A DNA stretch of 38,881 bases. Origin: Octopus sinensis. Taxonomy: Eukaryota. This document shows positions 1 through 8,936 of the stretch, piece by piece. The stretch is taken from positions 1 to 38,881 of the forward strand of contig NW_021835866.1 of NCBI RefSeq assembly GCF_006345805.1, given 5' to 3'. A model generated the notes under the pieces. It made no database searches. It was given only the letters and a program-made list of their open reading frames with translations, and was not told the DNA's origin. Numbering within the stretch: position 1 is the first letter of the stretch; the number at the start of each line of letters is the position of its first letter. A program made the position numbers and the translations under genes.

Positions 1-159
1 GGGACCATGTGATTCGTAAGCAAGCTACTTACCACACAGCCACTCCTACGCCTATGGTCAAAAATATTCAAGCCATGACTGTTAATCAGGGGCCCTCAAC
101 CAGGGTCCATATGGGCCTTGAGATGACAATGATAATGATGATGATGATGATGATGATCA

Positions 160-420
160 CATACTCTTTACTCTTTTACTTGTTTCAGTCATTTGACTGC
201 GGCCATGCTGGAGCACCTCCTTTAGTCGAGCAAATAAACCCCGGGACTTATTCTTTGTAAACCCAGTACTTATTCTATCGGTCTCTTTTGCCGAACAGCT
301 AAGTTACGGGGACGTAAACACACCAGCATCGGTTGTCAAGCAATGCTAGAGGGACAAACACATACACACACACTTATATATATATATATATACATGTATA
401 CGACAGGCTTCTTTCAGTTT
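160..420 (-). mobile_element. SINE family A (3' half) in the last protease intron
   Basis: Reverse complement of the GCGGTGCTCCAGCATGGCC...GACTGAAACAAGTAAAAGAG tail seen in many copies in this window. Confidence 0.8.
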
Positions 421-522
421 CAATTTTAATTGAACAATGTAAACATAACATCAATTTAAATTCAGCGCTATCTTCAGTTGCAATAAATATGGATTTTCAA
501 CAGACAAGATATATTAATATAC

Positions 523-553
<31 letters not shown>

Positions 554-591
554 TTCTACCCATGTGTATATTGTGTTATTTCTTCCAACAG

Positions 592-750
592 GGTGACTCT
601 GGTGGACCTTTGGTTTGTTATTTACCCAATAAAAAGGAAGTGCTGCTTGGAATCTCTTCATTTATCTACGACTGTAATGGAAACTTTGCTGTGTTCACAA
701 ATGTTATAACCTACGTGAAATGGATTGAGAAGCAGATGATGGAGTCTTGA
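592..750 (+). CDS. Terminal exon of a peptidase S1 (trypsin/chymotrypsin-like) serine protease; upstream exons lie outside the window
   Basis: Acceptor ttcttccaacAG ends at 591. Exon reads GDSGGPLVC...LLGISSF...AVFTNVITYVKWIEKQMMES* and contains the catalytic-Ser motif GDSGGP. Confidence 0.9.
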   Translation, partial: GDSGGPLVCYLPNKKEVLLGISSFIYDCNGNFAVFTNVITYVKWIEKQMMES

Positions 751-869
751 TTGGAACCTGCATCTTTTGACATCGAACAATCTGGATTTATTTCGTTTTT
801 TTTTTAATTTTCTTTAGCATTTGAGGCTTTGGGTGGAATTTTTCATTTAAAAAATGTAAAAAAAAGGTA

Positions 870-904
870 AATAAAAAAAAGATGGTTTCAAATTACAGAA
901 TAAA
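870..904 (+). terminator. Candidate polyadenylation signals of the serine protease
   Basis: AATAAA at 870-875 and 899-904, 120-150 nt after the stop codon. Confidence 0.5.
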
Positions 905-983
905 CTTGATCTGAGATTATGTGCTGAAAAACTGAAATGATTGCTTTGCTTCGGAGGATTAGCATGAGAGACTTATTTAAATC

Positions 984-992
984 ATGCACATC

Positions 993-1023
<31 letters not shown>

Positions 1024-1071
1024 ATTATATATTATATATATATGTGTGTGTAATATATATATATATATCTT

Positions 1072-1103
<32 letters not shown>

Positions 1104-1113
1104 ATATATATAT

Positions 1114-1152
<39 letters not shown>

Positions 1153-1168
1153 TTATATATATATATAT

Positions 1169-1228
<60 letters not shown>
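984..1228. repeat. (TA)n microsatellite
   Basis: Direct inspection. Confidence 0.95.
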
Positions 1229-1231
<3 letters not shown>

Positions 1232-1539
1232 CGCAGGAGTGGCTGTGTGGTAAGTAGCTTGCTAACCAACCGCATGGTTCCGGGTTCAGTCCCACTGCAT
1301 GGCACCTTGGGGCGAGTGTCTTCTGCTATAGCCTCGGGCCGACTAAAGCCTTATGAGTGATATATATATATACATATACACGACGGCTTCTTTCAGTTTC
1401 CGTCTACCAAATCCACTCACAAGGCTTTGGTCAGCCCGAGGCTATAGTAGAAGAACACTGGCCCAAGTGCCACACAGTGGGACTGAACCCAGAACCATGC
1501 GGTTGGTTAGCAAGCACTTACCACACAGCCACTCCTGCA

Positions 1540-1545
<6 letters not shown>
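1229..1545. mobile_element. Inverted pair of SINE family A heads (+ 1229-1350, - 1380-1545), with a further partial copy at about 1570-1660
   Basis: GGCGCAGGAGTGGCTGTGTGGTAAG...GGTTCAGTCCC head (tRNA-like A/B boxes) followed by its reverse complement. Confidence 0.85.
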
Positions 1546-1572
<27 letters not shown>

Positions 1573-1817
1573 CAGGCTTCTTTCAGTTCCGTCTACCAAA
1601 TCCACTCACAAGGCTTTGGTCAGCCTGAGGCTATAATAGAACACTGCCCAAGGTGCCCATTATATATATAATATATATATACATATGAACAAGCATGCAC
1701 ACACACACACACATGCACGCATGCACACACATACCCAGTAAGCACATAAAAATGAAACAAGGTGGCAGAAATAGTACTCAAATACCGGTGGTAGAGTAAT
1801 ATGTTTTATCAGTTGAT

Positions 1818-1985
1818 GCTGCAAAGACATCACAAAAATATCACAAAAATCTGGTACTCAGAGTATCACGTTCCCGTTCGTCGGACAGTTTGTGATCAGT
1901 CTTGATCACAACTGCCGAACAAATATTATACAACTGAAACTCCGAGTAGCACTCTTTCGTGATACTCTTGCGATGCCTTTGCAGC
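1818..1985. mobile_element. Small fold-back/MITE-like element
   Basis: Ends GCTGCAAAGACATCAC / CGATGCCTTTGCAGC are inverted repeats; central hairpin at 1876-1920. Confidence 0.5.
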
Positions 1986-2226
1986 TTTAATAATAAAATG
2001 TATATAAATGAATTCGATAATTTATATTATGATTTTTATAATTTGTATTCTTATCTTGTATGTATTGAATTATAAGATATATATATCTTATGCTATTAAG
2101 GTTCTCATTTTTGTTAAATGAATAAATATGTCAACATTCTAATATCAGAAAGTTGATGAACAAACTAAAGTTGTTTCTCCATTTTCTTATTTGTATTATA
2201 TATATAATATATATATATATATATAT

Positions 2227-2582
2227 GGCGCCACTGCATGGTGCCAAGGATTCCAATATCACCATCAAAATACAGGTCCAGATACTGCAACAGCTTGGGT
2301 TTCAGAGGACCACAGCTCTTTAACATCCTCCCTAAATGCCTGAGAGACTTACATGGTGTGGATGTGGGTTTCTTTAAAACTAAACTGGATCTCTTCTTGT
2401 CGGGAGTCCCAGATGAACCTACCTCACGACAGGAGACACGGATGCAGGCAGCAGCATCGAACTCCCTTGTTGATCAAGTGCCACATATCAGAGGTGGATT
2501 CACATATTAATGTAGCTCATTCAGCGGTGGTGCCCCAGCATGGCCGCGGCCTTCGGGCTAAAACATTTAAAAGGATTTAAGG
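2227..2582 (+). mobile_element. 5'-truncated LINE 3' end (CR1/L2-group-like ORF2 C-terminus)
   Basis: Translates to SLGFRGPQLFNILPKCLRDLHGVDVGFFKTKLDLFLSGVPDEP; a second copy lies on the minus strand at 22981-23345. Confidence 0.75.
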
Positions 2583-2859
2583 ATATATATATATATATGC
2601 ATATATACATATATATGTGTGTGTATATATATATCCATTCTTGTTGCTTATTTTTTGGTTATAATCACCCCACATAATTTTATGGGTAATACCATAAAAA
2701 AATTCTGGTGCATCTAAGTTAAGTACCATATTCATTTGAATCTAAATTGTTTTGCTGAAATTATATATATATATATTCATATATATATATATGTGTGTGT
2801 GTATATATATATGCATATTTACATATATATGTGTGTATATATATTATATATATGCATAT

Positions 2860-2892
<33 letters not shown>

Positions 2893-2961
2893 GCATATAT
2901 ACATATATGTGTGTGTGTATATATATGTGTGTGTGTATATTATATGTATAACATATATATC

Positions 2962-3015
<54 letters not shown>
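2583..3015. repeat. (TA)n/(TG)n compound microsatellites
   Basis: Direct inspection. Confidence 0.9.
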
Positions 3016-3018
<3 letters not shown>

Positions 3019-3730
3019 TATTCTGCATCTTATAGCAGGAACAGTTGTAAGCTAATAAAATTTCTTTTCCTTCATCATTCTAATTTCTTAGTCTTATATT
3101 TATGCAAGGTGTGTCCACTGTGACCCGTTGGGTCACGACCACTCCAAACTGAAAATGTCGATGCACAGCGGGGAAAGGAAAAAAATACTATTTCAAACTT
3201 GATGCAATAAAATTCTTAAATAAAACCCTTCTTCTGCCTTTAATTTGACAATATAAACACGACCAAGTGTTTCTCCCTTGAAAGGGTTCAAATTGTGTCC
3301 AACTTTTTTTTCCTTGCTTTCTTCTTTGCCATTCTTTCTTATTCCAGGGCCAACAAGGTTTTGACTCTAAAGTCCTGCTCCGTGTCCCCTATTGTGGCCC
3401 CTGCGTTGACCAAAGTCTTGTTGTCAGAAATTGAAAGAAGCTTGTTGTGTGTGTATATGTGTGGTGTGTGTGTGTGTGTGTGATGTATGTGTGCTGTCTA
3501 TGAATGTGAGAGTGTGTTTGCTCTCCATTCCCACTTGACAACTGGTGTTGGTTTGTTTCCGTCCTCCCAAAAGTCAGCAGTTCGGCAAAAAGGAAGTTGA
3601 CATAACAAATACCAAACTTTGCCTTTCATCCTTTTGGGGTCGATAAATTAAGTACCAGTTACGCACTGGGGATCGATATAATCGACTTAATCCGTTTGTC
3701 TGTACTTGTTTGTTCCCTCTATGGGCGTAA

Positions 3731-4009
3731 CTTCGGTATAGGTACCAGAAGTAACGGATACATTTCAAGAATGTGGTTTTTTTATATATATATGGGGTGG
3801 GGGTTAGGGTTAGGGTTAGGGGTGGGAGAAAAAGGTTTCTGTTATCTTCAGAAATGTAAACAAAGCCACTTACGGTACCTATACCGAAGGATCGTCGGGG
3901 GGGTTAGGGTTTGTGTTAGGGTGAGGGGTGGGAGAAAAGGGTTTCTGTTATCTTTAGAAATGTAAACAAAGCCACTTCCGGTACTTAATGTACCTATACC
4001 GAAGGATCG
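3731..4009. mobile_element. MITE-like element with an internal (TTAGGG)3 tract and a duplicated right part, inserted in a SINE family B copy
   Basis: 16-bp perfect inverted repeat CTTCGGTATAGGTACC (3731-3746) / GGTACCTATACCGAAG (3874-3889); right end repeated at 3990-4009; TTAGGG x3 at 3804-3821. Confidence 0.65.
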
Positions 4010-4819
4010 CCCCTTTTATGTTTAGCCCCCTCGTGGATAGTAAAGAAATAAATAATAATCGTTACAACAATCAACAAGAACAACAATAATAACAAAAACA
4101 ACAACAATAACAATGATAGCAAGGTGGAGCAACGGGAAATGAAGTATCTTGCTCAAGGACACAACGCGTCGCCGGGAATCGAACTCACAACCTTACAATC
4201 GCGAGCCGAATGCCCCTAACCACTAAGCCACGCGCCTTCACACTCACAATGATAATCGTCACAACAACATCAACAACAACAACAACAATGATAGCGAGGT
4301 GGAGCAACGGGAGGTAACTCAGAAGCGGAAGTGTGCCTCAACAAAGAACTCTTGTGTCGTATGAAATCACTAAAGGTCACCCCGTGATGAAATAGACAAC
4401 AGTTTCCATAAATATTATTTATTTTCTATTTACAAAAGAGAGAAGAAAGAAGCCAAGCTGTCGCCTTTAAGGGTACATCATGCCACCCGGATACCCGGGG
4501 CCGCACCCCTGAAGCTACGACCGAAAGCACAACAGCTGTCAACGCTTGGATTGTTGTATAATCATCTTTATTAGTGTTTATTACAGACTGGCTGATTTAA
4601 AAGGGAAAAAAAGAAAAGTGGATGAGGGATACGTGGGTTCGATCCTAGGCAAGAGGGGATAACGGTAAAGTGTGAGTTTGAAGCTTTTTTTTAAATATAT
4701 GTGTTCGTGGTTTCTTGTTCGTTGGAGTCCTGCAGGCAGAAAATTTTAAAATAATTAATATATGTGTCTTAGTTTTACCATTTTTCACTGGTTGTGTCTG
4801 TGTCTCTGTGTGTGTGTGT

Positions 4820-5300
4820 ATTCGTTTTGTTATTATTTCTTTATTGCCCACAAGGGGTTGTTAAACATAGAGGGGACAAACAAGGACAGACAAAGGGGTT
4901 AAGTCGATTACATCGACCCCGAAAGTATGAAAGGCTACGTCGACCTCAGCGGAATTTGAACTCAGTACGTAGCGATAGACGAAATACCTATTTCTTTACT
5001 ACCCACAAAGGGCTAAACAAAGAGAGGACAGACAAAGGGATTGAGTTGATTACATCGACCCCCAGTGTGTAACTGGTACCTTTTTAATCGGCCCCGAAAG
5101 GATGAAAGGCAAAGTCTACCTGGGCGGAACGTTCGTTTTGTTATTATTTCTTTACTACCCACAAGGGGCTAAACACAGAGGGGACAAACAAGGACAGATG
5201 AACGGATTAAATCGATTACATCGACCCCAGTGCGTAACTGGTACTTAATTTATCGACCCCGAAAGGATGAAAGGCAAAGTCGACCTCGGCGGAACATTCG
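4820..5300 (-). mobile_element. Tandem SINE family B copies
   Basis: Reverse complement of the GTCGACTTTGCCTTTCATCCTTTCGGGGTCGATAAATTAAGTACCAG core; units are bounded by TTCGTTTTGTTAT at 4821, 5132 and 5297. Confidence 0.8.
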
Positions 5301-5813
5301 TTTTGTTATGACATTTTGCATAGCGTCGGCTTCGACTTGTCTACTTACAAACGTTTCTAGAAAAACACGTATATATATATATATATATACACACAATTAT
5401 ACACACACACAAGCACACACTCACAATTATATATGCATAAGCACGCGCACCACACACACACACACACAGAGGTGTGTCGGTGTAGGTGGGTGAGCTGTAT
5501 AATCAGACATGGAAAAAAATACGTAGAGCTGATAACGATGATGTGACGAGAAAACCTTCGACGTGGCCGCTTGTTCGACTTGGAGGTCACGACTGAAACA
5601 TCTCTGATCGTAGGTCTGCTTTATCAAAGCCGTCTCGAGGGAAGTAAACAACGTCCACCGCCGCCTGAACCACGACCACCACCACCAACAACAACAACAA
5701 CACCATATAGAACGAGGGAGGTCTACAGTGTTTTCTCTCGACATCGTAGAAATATCAACCGAATCGGTCTCAACTCGAACCTTGCTGCCTTGAAGTCACG
5801 TTAGTTAATGTGC

Positions 5814-6310
5814 TCGTAGATACATTGTTTGAAGAAAACGATGGAATGGTCACGGCTGGAAAGGCTTTTGATCGTAGATCTCTGCTAGATTAGGGCCGAT
5901 CTGGGACGAAACGGCAACAAAAATACGGCTGGACTAACGGTACTACTTGACAACAGCGGTCCCCGATGCGCGCACTCGTGCACTCGCGCATCCGCGCTAG
6001 CTAGTCGTGACTAGTCGATCCTACAACGACCACCCAGCAAAGTAGATAAAACACGAAATACTCGTAGATACGTTGTTTGAATAAAACGATGGAATGGTCA
6101 CGGCTGGAAAGACTTTTGATCATAGATCTCTGCTAGATTAGGGCCGATCTGGGACGAAACGGCAACAAAAATACGGCTGGACTAATGGTACTACTTGACA
6201 ACAGCGGTCCCCGGTGCGCGCACTCGTGTACTCGCGCATCCGCCCTAGCTAGTCGTGACTAGTCGATCCTACAACGACCACCCAGCAAAGTAGATAAAAT
6301 ACAAAATAAA
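5814..6310 (+). repeat. About 248-bp tandem duplication (2 copies) that includes the left arm of a MITE
   Basis: Units start TCGTAGATAC at about 5815 and 6062 and are near-identical. Confidence 0.85.
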
Positions 6311-6774
6311 TAAATTTTTTTACATAGGCGCATGAGTGGCTGTGTGGTAAGTAGCTTGCTAACCAACCACATGGTTCCAGGTTCAGTCCCACTGCGTGGC
6401 ATCTTCTGCTATAGCCCCGGGTCGACCAATGCCTTGTGAGTGGATTTGGTAGACGGAAACTGAAAGAAGCCTGTCGTGTATATATATGTATGCGTGTGTG
6501 TGTTTGTCCTTCTAGCATTGCTTGACAACTGATGCTGGTGTGTTTACGTGCCCGTCAATTAGCGGTTCGGCAAAAGAGACCGATAGAATAAGTCCCGGGG
6601 TCGAGTTGTTCGACTAAAGGCGGTGCTCCAGCATGGCCGCAGTCAAATGACTGAAACAAGTAAAAGAGTAAAGTAAATAACACACAAAAACACAAAGTAA
6701 AGATCGACTAGTCACGACTAGCTTGCGCGGGTACGTGAGTGCGGGCACCGGGACCGCTGTTCTCAAGTAGAACC
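6189..6774 (+). mobile_element. Long-TIR MITE (Mutator-like), interrupted by a SINE family A insertion at 6326-6670
   Basis: TIR GTACTACTTGACAACAGCGGTCCCCGGTGCGCGCACTCG...CTAGTCGTGACTAGTCGATC is mirrored at about 6700-6774. Flank GGACTAACG occurs at 5931-5939 (duplicated left arm) and 6775-6783. Confidence 0.75.
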
Positions 6775-6894
6775 GGACTAACGAGATAGGCTCTACGTGG
6801 TTACTTGCAGATAAATCTTCTTGAAGTCAGTCTAGAGTGTGTAAGGTGTAACTTCAGTGAATGGCACGTTAGCTGATATATTCCTAGATATGGA

Positions 6895-7281
6895 TGGATA
6901 GAAGCACTCCGTCGGTTAAGACGACGAGGGTTCCGGTTGATCCGATCAACGGAACAACCTGCTCGTGAAATTAACGTGTAAGTGGCTGAGCACTCCACAG
7001 ACACGTGTACCCTTAACGTAGTTCTCGGGGATATTCAGCGTGACACAGAGAGTGACAAGGCCGGCCCTTTAAAATACAGGTACAACAGAAACAGGAAGAA
7101 AGAGTGAGAGAAAGTTGTGGTGAAAGAGTACAGCAGGGATCACCACCATCCCTGCCGGAGCCTCGTGGAGCTTTTAGGTGTTTTCGCTCAATAAACACTC
7201 ACAACGCCCGGTCTGGGAATCAAAACCGCGATCCTACAACCGCGAGTCCGCTGCCCTAACCACTGGGCCATTGCACCTCCA
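6895..7281 (-). mobile_element. SINE family C, near full length
   Basis: tRNA-like head GGAGGTGCAATGGCCCAGTGGTTAGGG...GATTCCCAG on the minus strand; its 3' part matches 25900-26070 (+). Confidence 0.8.
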
Positions 7282-7616
7282 TTCGTAGATACACTATGTC
7301 AAAGAAGGGAAAGTAAGACGAGACGGCTACCTGTGGAATACCTTGATCCGTTTGATTAGGGGCGTGGTGGGAATAAACAGCACTAAGATACTACTGACAC
7401 TAAGAAATACCTACAAGGAGTTTGTTTCCTCATAACTTTCAGAAAAATGGTTATTTTTTTTTCTTAATGAAATTTTCCACAAATACCTTTCACGTGATGT
7501 AGATTACAACTATAATGGAATTTAACCCTTTCGTTACCGTATTTATTTTGAGATGCTCTGTGTTTCTTTCAATTGCTTTAACTATAACAAAGAATTTAGT
7601 AAAATAACTTAGCTAC

Positions 7617-8033
7617 AGGCGCAGGAGTGACTGTGTGGTAAGTAGCTTGCTTACCAACCACATGGTTCCGGGTTCAGTCCCACTTCGTGGCACCTTGGGC
7701 AAGTGTCTTCTGCTATAGCCCCGGGCCGACCAATGCCTTGTGAGTGGATTTGGTAGACGGAAACTGAAAGAAGCCTGTCGTATATATGTATATATATATA
7801 TATATATATAAGTGTGTGTGTATATGTTTGTGTGTCTGTGTTTGTCCCCCTAGCATTACTTGACAACCGATGCTGGTATGTTTATTACGTCCCCATCACT
7901 TAGCGGTTCGGCAAAAGAGACCGATAGAATAAGTACTGGGCTTACAAAGAATAAGTCCCGGGGTCGATTTACTCGTCTAAAGGCGGTGCTCCAGCATGGC
8001 CGCAGTCAAATGACTGAAACAAGTAAAAGAGAG
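7617..8033 (+). mobile_element. Full-length SINE family A with an internal (TA/TG)n tract
   Basis: Head, microsatellite, body and AAAAGAG tail are all present. Confidence 0.85.
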
Positions 8034-8821
8034 TATATATATATATATATATATATAATACAAAATGGGACAAGAACGCAAAACATCCGGACAACTAGGT
8101 GATACAAAAAGGGACAACAAAACATTGAGTAATCTTTCCTCTAGCATTCAACATAAAATGGATACACGTGTGTGTGTGTGTGTGTGGTTGGGTATAATAC
8201 AAGTATATTGGCAAAAAGAAATATTGATTGGTATCAATAACATTATTGCCATTGTCGTCATCGTCATCATCATTATTGGTATTATAATTTTTTTTTTTTC
8301 ACCAGCTGCTACATCGACGCAATTAAGACCACAGTGTGCGACAATTACAGAACATCAACACCAGCAGGAACAATATCGACAACAACAACAACAACAACTG
8401 CAGCAGTAGTAGCAGCAGTCAGGAAGAATAATAAAAACCTCTTTCTCTCCCCCCCTCTCTGTGATATATATATATATATATATATATACATACACACACA
8501 CATACATATGTAGGTAGATATATATACAATCCCAAATATATACAGCTACATATAATCACCTATATATATATACATACATGTACAATCCTACCTTCAACTG
8601 AACAGAGATTCTTTTTCTGCTTTTGAGAAATAATTCCAAAAGCTGCCCCCTATTTACCCCTATTCTTTTTACTGCTTACCCTTGTCCGCTGCCGTCATTA
8701 CACTTCCTTTACCTTACCCCCCATCCCATCCCCCGTTATTTCAGTAATATATCAGAATTCATTTGAGTTGATTAACCAAGGAATGCCTTTGAACTCTTTC
8801 GGAATTGACCTCTTACTAAAG

Positions 8822-8898
8822 ATGGGCTGTGTCTGCGGAAAGGAAATGATTTTCATCAACAACCGACGTTTCTATGTTAGATCAAGTCTTGGCGAAGG
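8822..8898 (+). CDS. STK16: STK16 coding exon 1 (MGCVCGKEMIFINNRRFYVRSSLGEG)
   Basis: ATG at 8822; donor GG|GTATGT; Gly2 plus Cys3/Cys5 fits myristoylation/palmitoylation as in mammalian STK16. Confidence 0.9.
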
Positions 8899-8903
8899 GT
8901 ATG

Positions 8904-8936
<33 letters not shown>

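Noticed and set aside
984-3123. Many Ile/Tyr/Cys/Val-rich ORFs (also at 18726-19324, 22238-23180 and 30815-31353)
   Set aside because: They are translations of (TA)n, (TG)n and (TACA)n microsatellites with no domain content.
3804-3821. Telomere or chromosome-fusion scar
   Set aside because: Only three TTAGGG units, embedded in a small inverted-repeat element, with no head-to-head array.
4505-4545. CTGAAGC...GAAAGC hammerhead-like spacing
   Set aside because: It lacks A9, a valid NUH triplet and stem I.
5587-5706. 39-aa minus-strand ORF MVLLLLLVVVVVVQAAVDVVYFPRDGFDKADLRSEMFQS resembling a secreted peptide
   Set aside because: The hydrophobic signal-like stretch is produced by a (TTG/GTG)n repeat, and no recognisable prohormone cleavage or amidation pattern is present.
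7200-7281. tRNA-like sequences (also 4140-4220, 25780-25840 and SINE A/B heads)
   Set aside because: A/B boxes are present, but they continue into SINE bodies and lack a full cloverleaf; these are SINE heads, not tRNA genes.
8065-8409. 114-aa ORF ending in poly-Gln upstream of STK16
   Set aside because: It is assembled from a repeat fragment, (TG)n and CAA repeats and ends in a stop. An N-terminal extension would also be incompatible with Gly2 myristoylation.
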